A stretch of 47,724 nucleotides of DNA from Myxococcota bacterium (GTDB lineage: Bacteria; Myxococcota_C; UBA6777): NCBI GenBank assembly GCA_023150835.1, contig JAKLKB010000036.1, positions 1-47,724 on the forward strand, in the 5' to 3' direction. Of the stretch, positions 1 through 11,001 are shown piece after piece (position 1 is the first letter of the stretch; each line of letters starts with the position of its first letter). The notes under the pieces were generated by a model, which was not told where the DNA came from, searched no databases, and saw only the letters and a program-made list of their open reading frames with translations. The position numbers and the translations under genes are program-made.

Positions 1-85
1 GGGGAAGTTGGAACGGGCAGCGTCTGCATTTGGTGCATACAGCGTGCGTCATGAAAAAACAAAATCCCCGAGGCTTCCGACTTTC

Positions 86-124
86 GCTCCCTCCCCTGTT
101 CACGGGGGAGGGCGGGGTGGGGGG
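86..124. repeat. REP-like GC-rich palindromic element (CCCTCCCC-N-GGGGAGGG followed by GGGGTGGGG)
   Basis: ctccctcccctgttcacgggggagggcggggtggggg forms a hairpin with a G-rich tail; intergenic, downstream of the 225..2300 gene. Confidence 0.5.
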
Positions 125-138
125 CTTTCCTCCGCTTA

Positions 139-165
139 ACAAGGCGCGTATGGGGCTTTGCCCCA
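139..165. repeat. Dispersed short hairpin repeat (second copy inverted at 39506-39532)
   Basis: acaaggcgcgtatggggctttgcccca equals the reverse complement of 39506-39532 apart from 3 loop bases. Confidence 0.7.
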
Positions 166-224
166 CAAACACAAACGAGCCGCGTAAATCGTGTTGGGGT
201 GAATCGTTGAAAAAGAAGCAAGCC

Positions 225-2300
225 CTAACGAGAGACAGGTTGGAGAGCAAGTTCGGAGACTTGGTGCGTGGGAGCGAAGCACTGGGCTGTATCGCAAAGA
301 TAGAACGTACACCGTCCATCGCGAGAGGGTCGGTCTTTCCAAAGATGCGCGGGGATCTCGGAAGGTGCTTGTCCATCGCGAAAAAGCAAACAAAGATCAC
401 TTGCGGTGAGAACCGATGCGAGCGTTGCCCGAACAGCGGCCATCTCCGCATCCGAAGAGGCAGCGGGGAACACAGCGACGACCATCCGAGGGCTTTGCAA
501 GCGATGGAGATGGACGCGCAGCAGCGAAGAAAAAGCCGAGGGTCCGCGCTGGATCGCCAATGCATGGGATCGCAAGATCGCATCAGCGACTTCCAGATCG
601 GCAGGCTCGCCTGTCCACAGCGCAGATCGCAAAAAAGCCAAAGCGGCTGCTCCAAGAGCCGATGGTACGGCTTCATCTAGCGCGCTTTGTGGCGAAACGA
701 TCAGGGCTTCTGCCGAAGTATCGTTGTACTGCAAAGCCCCGTCTTGGTTCAAAAACCGCCGTTTCATCGCCGCACAGAGATCCTTGGCTGCGGATATCCA
801 AAGGGCATCACCCGTTGCGGTGTAGAGATCCATCCAAGCAAGCGCCAAAAAGGCGTAATCATCGAGGAATCCCAAGGTCTTCCATTGGAGACCTTCGGGC
901 GCATCGTAGGCCAAACGGTGGAGATAGCCGTCTTTTTGGAAGGCTTCGAGATAGACCCGAGCAGCGCGCTCTGCTTGCGCACACCACGAAGCTTGTTGCA
1001 ACACGAAGCCTGATCGAGCAAGTCCTTGGATCGCCAAGGCATTCCAAGCTGTAATCCGCTTTTCATCGCGCAACGGCTTGGGGCGTTGTTCACGCGCTTG
1101 CCACAACAAACGCCGTCCTCGCTCGATGCGTTCTTGCAATTCGTGAAGCTCGCCTCCCCACACCGCTTGCAGCGCTGCAAGATCTTTTCGGCACGACAAG
1201 ACGCTCCGTCCGCCTTCAAAGTTGCCCTCTTGCGAGACCCCGAAGGCATCGCACAAAAACGCGCTGTCTTCGCCCAAAACAGCCTCCACAGTCGTCGGCT
1301 CCCAGACAAAAAAGCGCCCTTCTTCTCCGTCAGAATCCGCATCTTGTGCGGCATAAAACAAGCCTTCTTCGCCCGTCATCTCACGTTGAAGATAAGAGGC
1401 CGTCGCCTCGATGATCCGATGATCCCGAACCGACGGTGCGATCCGTGTGATCTCTGCATACAGACGCAACAACAAGCCATTGTCGTACAACATCTTTTCA
1501 AAGTGCGGCACAGCCCACGCTTGATCGACGCTATAGCGATGAAAGCCCCCGCCAAGATGGTCAAACAATCCACCTTCCGCCATCGCGCTCAAAGCCTGTC
1601 GCACCCGCCTCAAAGCTTCGGCGTCTTCAAAAGCCACACCGCACCACAACATCGTCTCTAAGATCGGAACATTCGGGAACTTGGGTGCGCGCCCCAACCC
1701 GCCGTGTTCTTGATCGAAGCGGGGTCCAAGCACCTGTACAAAGCGCTTGAGAACTTCATCGCCCAACACGGCTTCGGCCCCAACCACCGCTGACTCACGA
1801 CGGAGCATCTCGGTCAATTGGGCGGCATCCGAGATCACTTCTTCGCGGTGTTCTTGGTACAGCGCGTGGATGCGTTTCAACAACTCCAACCACCCAAGAC
1901 GGCCATAACGCGCTTCTTTGGGAAAATACGTCCCAGCAAAAAAAGGCCGACCATCGGGCAGTAAAAACACATTGAGCGGCCATCCTCCGCTGCCCGTTAA
2001 GATCTGACAGGCTTCCATATACACCCGATCGACATCGGGGCGTTCTTCTCGATCCACCTTGATCGAGACAAATTGCGCATTCTGAAACGCCGCAACTCTC
2101 GCATCTTCAAAGCTCTCTGCTTCCATGACATGACACCAATGGCAAGCTGAATAACCCACCGAAACAAGGATCGGCTTGTCTTCGCTGCGCGCTCGATCAA
2201 AGGCTTCTTCTCCCCAAGGATACCAGTCGACGGGGTTTCTTGCATGTTGGCGTAGATACAAACTCTGCTCATGGATCAGACGGTTGACTCCTCCGTACAT
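225..2300 (-). CDS. Thioredoxin-domain protein, YyaL/SSP411 (DUF255) family
   Basis: [25 protein letters not shown], [48 protein letters not shown] motifs. Confidence 0.93.
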   Translation of the reverse strand: MYGGVNRLIHEQSLYLRQHARNPVDWYPWGEEAFDRARSEDKPILVSVGYSACHWCHVMEAESFEDARVAAFQNAQFVSIKVDREERPDVDRVYMEACQILTGSGGWPLNVFLLPDGRPFFAGTYFPKEARYGRLGWLELLKRIHALYQEHREEVISDAAQLTEMLRRESAVVGAEAVLGDEVLKRFVQVLGPRFDQEHGGLGRAPKFPNVPILETMLWCGVAFEDAEALRRVRQALSAMAEGGLFDHLGGGFHRYSVDQAWAVPHFEKMLYDNGLLLRLYAEITRIAPSVRDHRIIEATASYLQREMTGEEGLFYAAQDADSDGEEGRFFVWEPTTVEAVLGEDSAFLCDAFGVSQEGNFEGGRSVLSCRKDLAALQAVWGGELHELQERIERGRRLLWQAREQRPKPLRDEKRITAWNALAIQGLARSGFVLQQASWCAQAERAARVYLEAFQKDGYLHRLAYDAPEGLQWKTLGFLDDYAFLALAWMDLYTATGDALWISAAKDLCAAMKRRFLNQDGALQYNDTSAEALIVSPQSALDEAVPSALGAAALAFLRSALWTGEPADLEVADAILRSHALAIQRGPSAFSSLLRVHLHRLQSPRMVVAVFPAASSDAEMAAVRATLASVLTASDLCLLFRDGQAPSEIPAHLWKDRPSRDGRCTFYLCDTAQCFAPTHQVSELALQPVSR

Positions 2301-2329
2301 CCGACACTCCTTCTATCGTGCAGATTCGA

Positions 2330-4225
2330 TCACCAACCGCAGCTTCGGCCTTGGTTTTGCTGCTTGAGCCAACGCTGAAGTGGCGCAAAGTAGGCGAGGA
2401 TCGCCGAAGCATCCATCTCGCGTTTGCCGGTCAACAGCGCCAACGTCTCAGGCCACGGACGACTCGAACCCGCCTGCAACATCTGCCACAACTTTTGACC
2501 TGCGGCCTTGTTCCCATAATTCGAACAGGTGTGCAAAGACCCCTTGTGACCGGACTCTGCGCAAAGAGTGCGATGGAATTGAAATTGGAGGATCGCCGCC
2601 AAAAAATACCGCATATACGGGGTGTTTGCAGGGATATGATACTTTGCACCCGGGTCAAAGTCTCGCTCGCTTCGGGGCAATGGAGCTTGGATCCCTTGGT
2701 AGGCTTCGCGCAACTCCCACCAGCGCTTGTTGTATGCCGATGGCGGGACTTTTCCTGAAAACACCTCCCAACGCCACTTGTCGATCATCCGACCAAAGGG
2801 CAAAAAGGCCACTTTTTCCAACGCCATCTGCAACAAAAACGCGATGTCATCGGGCTTTTTGGCATCTGCTCCAGCTAGACCGATCTTTTGAAGATACGAA
2901 GGCGTCACCGACAAGGCCACCGCATCCCCGATCCCTTCGTGAAATCCGTCATGTGCGCCTTCTCGAAACAACACATCCTGTTTGTGGTAGGCGAGGTAGT
3001 AGTAGATGTGGCCGAGTTCGTGGTGAAGGGTTTGGAAGTCCTCTGCGGTCACTTCGATGCACTGGCTCAAACGCACATCTTGATCCAGATCGATGTGCCA
3101 CGCCGAAGCGTGGCAAACCACCGAGCGATCGCGTGGCTTTGCAAACAACGAACGCTCCCAAAAACTCTTGGGCAGCGCAGGCATCCCCAACGAACGGAAG
3201 AATTGCTCGGCGATCCGCACCATCCCTTTTGGATCGATCTGCTTCTTTTTTAATAACAAGCCGATGTCTTCGCCCTTTTCGCTGCTTTTTGGCGCAACCA
3301 ACGGAAACAGATGTTCCCAACTCTGCGCCCACATATTCCCCAAAAGATGCGCAGGGATCTTTCCTTTCGGCGCGACGCGCTGCCCCCCGTATTGCTCGGA
3401 AAGCTTCGCCCTCACATAACAATGCAGATCGTCGTACAACGGCTTGACTTGTTGCCACAGACGCTCCACTTCGCCCTCAAAAGCACCTGTCGGCATCTCA
3501 TACCGCCGACGCCAGATCTGCCCAAGATCCGCCGCCCCCAACTCCCGCGCTCCCGCATTCGCAAGCTCCACATAACGCGCATACTTCTCCCTCATCACGG
3601 GCGAGATCGTGCGCCAACATCGCCAAGCCTCCAACTGCTCGTCATAATCCCGACTCTTGGCCAAGATCGCAGAAAGCTCTTGCAGATCCAAATGCCGCTT
3701 CTTTGTGGCCATGTAGCACTTCCCTTTGCCGTAGATCGCCGTCAAATCCGAGGCGATCTGCGCCAACTCTAAACGCAAATGATCTTGGGATGGCGCTGGC
3801 AAAGACAGGTAATTGCGGAATATCCGAAACTTTCTCCGTTGCACATCGGACAGCTTTACGCCGTCGAACTGTTTCATCTCTTTGATCTTTCGGCTGACGA
3901 AAGCCATCATCCGCGCTTCGGCTTCCGCAGCAAGCATCTGCGTATCGTGCGTAATAAACGTATTTTGCAGCCAGCCCGTCCGATCGCGGTACGTCGAAAG
4001 CGCCAACATCTCGCGCTCCAGCCCACGCAAAAATGTATCGACCGCCAAAGCAGAAACCCTTGGCGGACTCGCAGGACGCGAAGACGCGAATGGACGCGGA
4101 GGATGCGCTTCGCTGTTCCATTGCCAGATCCCCCAACCGATCCCACACACCACACACCACAGGCTCCCCCACAACAAACGCCAACCTGTTGATACCACGA
4201 TCTGTTTTGACTTCTTTCGCTGCAT
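2330..4225 (-). CDS. M2 family metallopeptidase (peptidyl-dipeptidase A, ACE-like) with N-terminal membrane anchor
   Basis: HHELGH zinc motif, FHEGIGD, PAHLLGNMWAQ, FDPGAKYH, YMRYF; start moved to ATG 4225 (MQRKKSKQ) behind GAGGA; the longer ORF overlaps the HEAT gene. Confidence 0.93.
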   Translation of the reverse strand: MQRKKSKQIVVSTGWRLLWGSLWCVVCGIGWGIWQWNSEAHPPRPFASSRPASPPRVSALAVDTFLRGLEREMLALSTYRDRTGWLQNTFITHDTQMLAAEAEARMMAFVSRKIKEMKQFDGVKLSDVQRRKFRIFRNYLSLPAPSQDHLRLELAQIASDLTAIYGKGKCYMATKKRHLDLQELSAILAKSRDYDEQLEAWRCWRTISPVMREKYARYVELANAGARELGAADLGQIWRRRYEMPTGAFEGEVERLWQQVKPLYDDLHCYVRAKLSEQYGGQRVAPKGKIPAHLLGNMWAQSWEHLFPLVAPKSSEKGEDIGLLLKKKQIDPKGMVRIAEQFFRSLGMPALPKSFWERSLFAKPRDRSVVCHASAWHIDLDQDVRLSQCIEVTAEDFQTLHHELGHIYYYLAYHKQDVLFREGAHDGFHEGIGDAVALSVTPSYLQKIGLAGADAKKPDDIAFLLQMALEKVAFLPFGRMIDKWRWEVFSGKVPPSAYNKRWWELREAYQGIQAPLPRSERDFDPGAKYHIPANTPYMRYFLAAILQFQFHRTLCAESGHKGSLHTCSNYGNKAAGQKLWQMLQAGSSRPWPETLALLTGKREMDASAILAYFAPLQRWLKQQNQGRSCGW

Positions 4226-4417
4226 GCGCCCTTTTCCTCTCCGATGTTCTTGGTGTACAGAATTGCGGGCAAGACAACAGCCCGCGAGGTTCCCTTGCGA
4301 CGGCAGGAAACACAAGCGCAAAACTTTACCATCGCCCCATCTTTCTGTAAAAGGGATCCACAAGCCGTCCCGCCAACCCAAACGACGGTTTCTCGGCACA
4401 CAAAGCAAGGAAGCTCC

Positions 4418-5281
4418 ATGACATCCCGTAGAGTCGAACGCGCCAAAAGTGATGCGCGTCCAAGCGCCAAACTTGTACAAGCCGCCCTCAAAAACAAAGA
4501 CGACGAAGCGTATGGGGATATCGTCGCGATCCTCCATGCACGCGGCGGAGACACCGAATTTCGGCTGGCAAAAGATCTTTGTGCAGGACTCGATACACCC
4601 AAAAGGCTTCTTGGTATCGAGATATTGGGCCAATTGGGTTGGTCTGATCGCACATTTCTCGAAGAATCGGTTGCTCTGTTGGTCGATATGCTCCAAACAG
4701 AAGACGAACCCGCCCTTTTGCGCTGCATCGCGATCGCTCTTGGACATCGCAGCCACCCCAACGCCATCCCTGCGTTGCTCAAGCACAAAGCACACCCTGA
4801 CGCAAGCGTCCGCTACGGCGTGGTCTTTGGCTTGCTGGGTTTAGAATCTCCCCAAGCCATCGACACATTGGTCGAACTGTCGGACGATCCCGATCAAGAA
4901 GTCCGAAACTGGGCGACCTTTGGACTCGGCTCCCAAGTAGACACCGATACACCCGCCCTGCAAAAAGCTCTGCTCGCCCGCACCCAAGACAAACACCAAG
5001 AAACACGCGGCGAAGCCATGATCGGCCTCGCACGGCGCAAACACAACCAAGCCCGCACCCTGATCCGAAAAGAACTCAGCCGACGCGACCTCAGCCCCCT
5101 CACTCTCGAAGCCGCAGCAGAACTCGCTGACACCGCCCTTTACGCTGACCTGTTAAAACTCAAACAGTCTCTCCAACGCCACAAAGACTCCTATCTGTTG
5201 GAACGCCTTGAAGCCGCCATCCAAGCCTGCCAACCTCCCCCCCCTGAATCTGCTCCAGAACTGAGGTCGTCGGACGAATGA
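4418..5281 (+). CDS. HEAT/PBS-lyase-like repeat protein
   Basis: Repeats HPDASVRYGVVFGL, DPDQEVRNWATFGLG, DKHQETRGEAMIGLA; ATG 4418 after AAGGAAG; ATGA overlap with TetR gene. Confidence 0.85.
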   Translation: MTSRRVERAKSDARPSAKLVQAALKNKDDEAYGDIVAILHARGGDTEFRLAKDLCAGLDTPKRLLGIEILGQLGWSDRTFLEESVALLVDMLQTEDEPALLRCIAIALGHRSHPNAIPALLKHKAHPDASVRYGVVFGLLGLESPQAIDTLVELSDDPDQEVRNWATFGLGSQVDTDTPALQKALLARTQDKHQETRGEAMIGLARRKHNQARTLIRKELSRRDLSPLTLEAAAELADTALYADLLKLKQSLQRHKDSYLLERLEAAIQACQPPPPESAPELRSSDE

Positions 5282-5931
5282 ACGAGATCAAAAAGCCGGA
5301 CAGAAGAACGATCCGCTCACGCAGCCGCTTGCAAGAAGCCTTGTTGGTGTTGCTTGACGAAAAAGAATACGATCAGATATCTGTTGCGGACGTCGCGGAT
5401 CGCGCAAACGTCTCCCGCCCAACCTTTTATGCGCACTACAAAACAAAAGACGATCTCTTGCTCAGCTACTTCGATCGCATCTTCGCATCCAACGCCAAAG
5501 ATCTCGAAGACGCCATCACAAACGCCGAACAGATCGAACAGATCGACATAACAGCACTCGGCCACCTGATGACCAACGTCTTTGCCCAATGGCAAAAACA
5601 CCGTGCGCTGATCCAGACCCTTTTGCGCTCACGCGGCGAAGGCTTGATCCTACAGCGCTTTCAAGAAAACACCCTTCGGACCTTTGCTTGGATCTTTGAA
5701 CAAACTCACCTACCACCGCGAGATCCGCATATCTTGCGCCTACTCGCAGATTATTTCTCAGGTGTGGCCTTGTCTTTGGTCAAGCATTGGTCCGAAGGGG
5801 GATTTGTTTATTCGGCGGAAAGTATGGGGAGGATCTATAGTCTTCTTGTTCGGCCCGCCATCGAACAACTGCTTGGCCAAGGCGATCTTGACAAGCTGTT
5901 GTTTGGCTCCCTGCAAACTTCTGTCGACTAG
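5278..5931 (+). CDS. TetR/AcrR family transcriptional regulator
   Basis: DRRTIRSRSRLQEALLVLL...ISVADVADRANVSRPTFYAHYKTKDDLL helix-turn-helix. Confidence 0.92.
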   Translation: MNEIKKPDRRTIRSRSRLQEALLVLLDEKEYDQISVADVADRANVSRPTFYAHYKTKDDLLLSYFDRIFASNAKDLEDAITNAEQIEQIDITALGHLMTNVFAQWQKHRALIQTLLRSRGEGLILQRFQENTLRTFAWIFEQTHLPPRDPHILRLLADYFSGVALSLVKHWSEGGFVYSAESMGRIYSLLVRPAIEQLLGQGDLDKLLFGSLQTSVD

Positions 5932-5935
5932 GGTC

Positions 5936-6442
5936 TTAGTGCAAATAGCTCAGCCAGTTGGGGGGAGGTTGAGAGCGTTGAAGCTGGGCGGAGACTTGGG
6001 CATGTGCAGCAGGTTTGTTTGGACGTGCCAACAGCCGCATCCCTGCTTCTTCGGGCGTGCGGTTTCCTTTGCGACGATTACAAGAAACACAACAAGAAAC
6101 GATATTTTCCCAACACGTTTTGCCACCGCGAGAGCGCGGGATCACATGGTCAAAGCTGAGTTCGTCTTCGCTGAAATAATCTGTGCAGTATTGGCACTGA
6201 TACCCGTCACGTGCGTAGATATTTTGCCGAGAGAACCGCAAGCCAAAGTAGCGGCGTTTCACATACTTTAGCAAGCGTACCACCGACGGCATACTCATCG
6301 TCAAAGAGATCGAACGCACAGGATGATCGTACTCTTCAACGACTTCTACTTTCCCCATAAAGAACAACGCCAAGGCGCGCTGCCACGGGATCACGCTCAA
6401 AGGTTCGAAGGAAGCGTTCAACAAAAGAGTTCGGTTATGCAT
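5936..6442 (-). CDS. HNH endonuclease (McrA-like, Zn-finger HNH)
   Basis: TLLLNASFEPL N-terminus, RDGYQCQYC, DHVIPRSRGG, ENIVSCCVSCNRRKGNRTP; start ATG 6442. Confidence 0.92.
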   Translation of the reverse strand: MHNRTLLLNASFEPLSVIPWQRALALFFMGKVEVVEEYDHPVRSISLTMSMPSVVRLLKYVKRRYFGLRFSRQNIYARDGYQCQYCTDYFSEDELSFDHVIPRSRGGKTCWENIVSCCVSCNRRKGNRTPEEAGMRLLARPNKPAAHAQVSAQLQRSQPPPNWLSYLH

Positions 6443-6923
6443 GGTCTTTTTCCCTTTGCTTCGTATGGTGCAACGCCGAAACATCCGGCGTCAGGACCCG
6501 AAGCGCGGTGCGATTTCCCTGCCCCGACAGAGAGAACAACACACACGCCATGGCGCGAGTTTGAACGGCTTGGTACGGAGGCCCACGACCAACAATCCAA
6601 GCAAGCCCACGACGCTCGCTTTGTGCGGTTTGTTGGACTCCTCTCTTCCACAAAGACAGCCATGCAGGATTTTCGTGAAAGATCGGAGCGTCGTTTTCTT
6701 TGGCGACGCCGCAAGGCTCCGAACAAAAAACATTCGGTACCGGCAAGAATGGAGCGAGAATGGCTGGAAAAGGATGGAATCGTTTGAACGCATCTCTCCT
6801 TCAAAGACATCCGCGATGCCCCAAGCTCAGACCCGAGGCTTCGGCTTTAACGACACACTTTCAAAAAAGTTCAAAAGCAACCACCTCATCGCCCAAGGGT
6901 TTTCAGCACACGAGCTCGACCGC

Positions 6924-7838
6924 TCACTTTTTCCGACGTACACGCGGGATCAACAACACTTTGAGTCGTATCTCCTGCCCTTCAGAGATACGAATGCGCC
7001 GAGTATACGGGGAAAACCCTTCGGATTCTACACGCAACAGATAATTTCCCACAGCCAAACCGCCGCTGATCACGGGCGTTTGTCCCATATAGCGACCGTT
7101 GAGTGTCACCTTTGCCCCTGTCGGATTGGAAAGCACCACAAACTGCGTTTGGGAGCCTTGACCGTCTTGCTGAACCGCCCCATCCCCCGCGTCTTTGGTT
7201 TCACGCCCGCCTCCTTCAAATCGGATCGAAAGCCGAGAACTGATCGAGGGTTGGATGTTGATGGACTTTTCGATACTTTTGTGCCCGTCCAAAACAAACC
7301 GCAACACGTGCGTACCGATCGGCAAGCTCGCCAACAACGGAGTGCGTCCAAGCATACGCTCGCCTTGGAACACTTGGGCTCCAGAGGGCGTAGACTGCGC
7401 GATCAACAGACCGCTGCTTTCGGGCTTTGGGAAAGGTGAACCTTGACGCGGCAAAGGTTCCTCAAGGCGAGGTGAACCGTCTTCTTTTCCGTCCTCTTTT
7501 CCCTCTTCTTTTTGTCCGACCGCCCCATCGCCGCTGCGTTCTTCGAGTCGTACCCGCAAGGTCAACTCTGAGCGCGACGGAAGGATGACATGGCTGGTCC
7601 ACGTCAGTCGGTTCGGATGGCGAAGTTCGAGATGATGGCGCCCCACAGGTAGGCGCAGATCAAGGGGTGTCTTTCCCCTACGTTCACCGTTGACCCAGAC
7701 CGTCGCAGAAGGCGTTGAACGCAAGACAAGGCGCTCTGCATGGGCTTCTTGAACAAGTCCCGCCGACCACAACACGCTCCAAACGGCCACACCATGCAGC
7801 CAACGCGACCACCGACCACACAAACGATCCGTATTCAC
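6924..7838 (-). CDS. Secreted protein with three PEGA domains
   Basis: Signal peptide ending AHA; three S(T/N)PxxAxVxxNG...G.TP repeats; GTG 7838 after GGAGG. Confidence 0.85.
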   Translation of the reverse strand: MNTDRLCGRWSRWLHGVAVWSVLWSAGLVQEAHAERLVLRSTPSATVWVNGERRGKTPLDLRLPVGRHHLELRHPNRLTWTSHVILPSRSELTLRVRLEERSGDGAVGQKEEGKEDGKEDGSPRLEEPLPRQGSPFPKPESSGLLIAQSTPSGAQVFQGERMLGRTPLLASLPIGTHVLRFVLDGHKSIEKSINIQPSISSRLSIRFEGGGRETKDAGDGAVQQDGQGSQTQFVVLSNPTGAKVTLNGRYMGQTPVISGGLAVGNYLLRVESEGFSPYTRRIRISEGQEIRLKVLLIPRVRRKK

Positions 7839-8155
7839 ACGAAACCTCCGTTTCCAAGAGCGCCGCTCCTCTGTGCAACATCTCTGCAACATCTTCTTTC
7901 GCCCTCATTAAAGCCGATATCGCTTGCATTTGCGATGCTTTCGCAAAAGAGCGCTTCTTTGTAATAAGGCAACCCCAAAGACAATGCAAGATCTCCAACC
8001 CCCTAAAAACAAAAACCCACCCAACGATCACCAAACCACCCACGAGAAGATTTGACAGTCTGCCGAGAAAAGGGCATCTTGGTGGCCGATGACGTGGAGA
8101 TGGATCTTGCGTGTAAGACTTTTCAAAAGATTTCACGCGAAAAAGGAGGATGCGC

Positions 8156-8989
8156 ATGAAGCGCGTGTTGGTCATTGCGGGATCGGATTCAGGGGGCGGG
8201 GCAGGCATTCAAGCGGATATCAAAACCATCGCAGCACGCGGTGTGTATGGCATGACCGCCATCACGGCATTGACGGCACAAAATACGATGGGAGTAGAAG
8301 ATGTCTTTGAGATCCCGTTGGCTTTCGTGGGACGCCAGATCGACGTTGTGATGAAGGATATCGGTGCAAACGTCTGGAAGACAGGGATGCTCTCAAGCCG
8401 CGAGATCATCGGACTCGTAGCAGGAAGGGCGCGAGATTACCTTGTCGATCGGCTGATCGTGGACCCCGTGATGGTTGCCAAAGGCGGTAGCCTGTTGCTC
8501 AAAACAGACGCCAAAGACGCTTTGATCCGAGAACTCTTCCCTGTGGCATTTGCGATCACCCCCAACCATCACGAAGCCCAAGAGCTTACAGGTTTGGAGA
8601 TCAAAACCCCCCAAGATATGGAAGAAGCGGCGCGAAAGCTCCATCAGATGGGGCCTCGTTATGTGATCGTCAAAGGCGGCGATCTTCCCAAAGAACAAGA
8701 CGCCCTTGATATCCTCTACGATGGAGGGTCTTTTTTTACACTGCGCGCACGCCGCCGCCAAACCTACAACACTCATGGGACGGGATGCACCTTTGCCTCT
8801 GCTTTCGCAGCGGAGATCGCCCGAGGACAGCCCGTATTGGATGCGGCCCGCCTTGCCAAACGCTACGTCACCGCCGCCATCGACTATGCCGACGAGATGG
8901 ATATCGGCAACGGCAACGGCCCCCTCAATCACTTCTTTGGAAAAGTCACCCCACTCCCCGACGAATCTTCCCAAACCACAAAAAGCTGA
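8156..8989 (+). CDS. thiD: Hydroxymethylpyrimidine/phosphomethylpyrimidine kinase
   Basis: IAGSDSGGGAGIQADIKT, TAQNT, KTGML, VDPVMVAKGG, TPN, HGTGCTFASA; GGAGG RBS. Confidence 0.96.
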   Translation: MKRVLVIAGSDSGGGAGIQADIKTIAARGVYGMTAITALTAQNTMGVEDVFEIPLAFVGRQIDVVMKDIGANVWKTGMLSSREIIGLVAGRARDYLVDRLIVDPVMVAKGGSLLLKTDAKDALIRELFPVAFAITPNHHEAQELTGLEIKTPQDMEEAARKLHQMGPRYVIVKGGDLPKEQDALDILYDGGSFFTLRARRRQTYNTHGTGCTFASAFAAEIARGQPVLDAARLAKRYVTAAIDYADEMDIGNGNGPLNHFFGKVTPLPDESSQTTKS

Positions 8990-10938
8990 TCGCTTAATAA
9001 GCGCATTTGTGCATCTTTTGCATACCGCGATGTGGGATGCAGACGTAAGATATCTTGCAATAAAGCATACGCCTTTGCGCGCTGGCCTGCTTCACGCAGT
9101 TGATCTGCTTCTTCCAAGATCCCCTCGCAACGGCGTGCATCTTCCAACAAGATCCCACCCAAGATCGGCGGATGCTCGCGCAACCACGCATCGATCTCGG
9201 CTTCGACGCGCCGAATCGCGCTCGCCTCCGCAACACGCCGCGCATCGGTCGTTTGCGGATTCGGTTTGGTCGACACTTGCGAGATACCCTGCGCATCGGT
9301 CGTTTGCGGATTTGGTTTGGTCGACACTTGCGAAACACGCCGCGCATCGGTCGTTTGCGGATTCGGTTTGGTCGACACTTGCGAGACACGCCGCGCATCG
9401 GTCGTTTGCGGGTTTGTGCTGATCTGAGATTGCGATTTGCGCCGCGTATCGGTCGTTTGCGGGTTTGTGCTGATCTGAGATTGCGATTTGCGCCGCGTAT
9501 CGGTCGTTTGAGCCTCTGCCCTCGCTGATACTTGGGGGCCTATCGCCGTTGCCAAGCGATCGACTTGGGGTGTTTGGATGGTTTGGATCTGTTGGGAGGT
9601 GTTGCGCAGCGGTTCGGGGTTGGGGTGTGCGTGGAAAGAGTGAGAGAGTTTTTCTAGTTCATCTTCTGAAAAGATCGCCTCTTCAAGCAAAGGAAGATGG
9701 CGGGCAAGCTGTTCTTCTTCGATGTTATGGGGCGTTGGAGTCAAGATACCAAAGGACGGAACGGGTGGCGTGGGAGAGGCATCGCCTGTGGGAGCGATCA
9801 AGGCGGCATAGGCGACAGGAGCGACAGGGCGTTTGACCAACGTTTGGAGTGTGTAGTTATCGTCTTGATCGTGTTCAAAAGCCGAAGGGAGCGAAGACAA
9901 GGCGTCTTCGATGTCGTCGACGATTGTGGGATGGGCGACTTCTGCGAGATCATCTTCTGTACGGATCCCCGAGTCGCTGTCGTTGTGTGTTGTGTGCTCG
10001 AATGAAGCGGGATATTGGGGCAGTTGATCCGCAGAAGGTGATCGCAACATCTGATCGAGTTGTTCGGGCTTGAGCAGCGGAGATCGAGAAACAGAAGTGG
10101 ATTGTTGGAAGATATCTTGTTCTTGCGCAGAAGAGCGAGCAGCAGAGCGCGGTTTTGACCCCGCAGCCAAGGCCGAAGAGGACGGCAACGGAACACTTGG
10201 GGCGGGCGCATCCACAGGCAAAGCCGCCCCTTCGTGGCCAAACTCTAAGCGTGCAGCGAGTTCCAAAAGCGCCGCATCTTGGGCATAACGAGTCTGAGCG
10301 TAGCGTTGTTGAACTTCTGCAAAGACGCGATAGGCTTGGGGTTGACGGCCAAGATGCAACAGGATCTGCGCACGCGCCAACATCCACTCGGGAGCGCGCC
10401 CATCCCGCCCTTCTTGGCGTTCCAGTTCTTTGAGGGCTTTTTCGTAACTGGCGGGATCACGGGCAAAGATCAACGTTTCCAATAAGGCCCTTGCCCCCGG
10501 CTGGATCACATCCAATAAACCGATCGCGGGCGGTTTCGGCAAAGAAGCCAGATAAGCGATCGTCGGATCGACTTTTTCTTCTTCAAGGCCCAAGCGTTTT
10601 GTTCGGGCTTCACGGCTTTCTTTCTTGATGCCTTGTAAGGTCCGACGAATAAACCACACCAACCAACCGACACTCACCGCAACCAACAGCAAAAAAACCC
10701 ACCCGAGGATGTTGTTGATATTGCGCAGCATCAAGAAGGTCTGGGCAAAATGAAACACCACAGACCACACCAGCCACAAAGCCAGCACAAAAGCCAAGAC
10801 CACAAGGCCGATCTTGAGATAGGCAGCGTGATGTTGGAAGGCCCCTTGCGCATTACGCCAGATCGACCCCAACCCCGTCCATTGGGAGACCCCTCGTTGC
10901 AAAGACTGCCATTGTGAACGAAACCACTCCATGCTCAC
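8929..10938 (-). CDS. Hypothetical membrane protein: two N-terminal TM helices, TPR-like segments, long low-complexity linker with 17-aa repeats
   Basis: 669-aa ORF directly after the dynamin-like gene; hydrophobic segments near aa 42-97; similar motifs QAYRVFAEVQQRYAQTRYAQDA and KAYALLQDILRLHPTSRYAKDA. Confidence 0.7.
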   Translation of the reverse strand: MSMEWFRSQWQSLQRGVSQWTGLGSIWRNAQGAFQHHAAYLKIGLVVLAFVLALWLVWSVVFHFAQTFLMLRNINNILGWVFLLLVAVSVGWLVWFIRRTLQGIKKESREARTKRLGLEEEKVDPTIAYLASLPKPPAIGLLDVIQPGARALLETLIFARDPASYEKALKELERQEGRDGRAPEWMLARAQILLHLGRQPQAYRVFAEVQQRYAQTRYAQDAALLELAARLEFGHEGAALPVDAPAPSVPLPSSSALAAGSKPRSAARSSAQEQDIFQQSTSVSRSPLLKPEQLDQMLRSPSADQLPQYPASFEHTTHNDSDSGIRTEDDLAEVAHPTIVDDIEDALSSLPSAFEHDQDDNYTLQTLVKRPVAPVAYAALIAPTGDASPTPPVPSFGILTPTPHNIEEEQLARHLPLLEEAIFSEDELEKLSHSFHAHPNPEPLRNTSQQIQTIQTPQVDRLATAIGPQVSARAEAQTTDTRRKSQSQISTNPQTTDTRRKSQSQISTNPQTTDARRVSQVSTKPNPQTTDARRVSQVSTKPNPQTTDAQGISQVSTKPNPQTTDARRVAEASAIRRVEAEIDAWLREHPPILGGILLEDARRCEGILEEADQLREAGQRAKAYALLQDILRLHPTSRYAKDAQMRLLSDQLFVVWEDSSGSGVTFPKK
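9236..9510. repeat. Coding tandem repeat, 51-bp unit, ~5.5 copies in two subtypes
   Basis: atcggtcgtttg core recurs every 51 bp; encodes PQTTDARRVSQVSTKPN / PQTTDTRRKSQSQISTN. Confidence 0.9.
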
Positions 10939-11001
10939 CTCGCGGTCGTCGAGTGTACGCAGACAACGCCTAGATGCGAAAAAATCTTTGTGCTTCGGAC
11001 G

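Noticed and set aside
4226-4795. N-terminal extension of the M2 peptidase ORF
   Set aside because: Antisense to the HEAT-repeat gene; better start with RBS at 4225
5936-6442. IscB/Cas9-like or ZorE effector
   Set aside because: Short stand-alone HNH without RuvC motifs and ~14 kb from the motor genes
6491-6793. 100-aa minus-strand ORF with AGGAG upstream
   Set aside because: Short RBS spacing, no recognisable motif or protein-like composition
7840-8155. TPP riboswitch upstream of thiD
   Set aside because: No CTGAGA/ACCTG...GGGA core recognised
9236-9510. CRISPR-like repeat
   Set aside because: In-frame coding repeat without unique spacers
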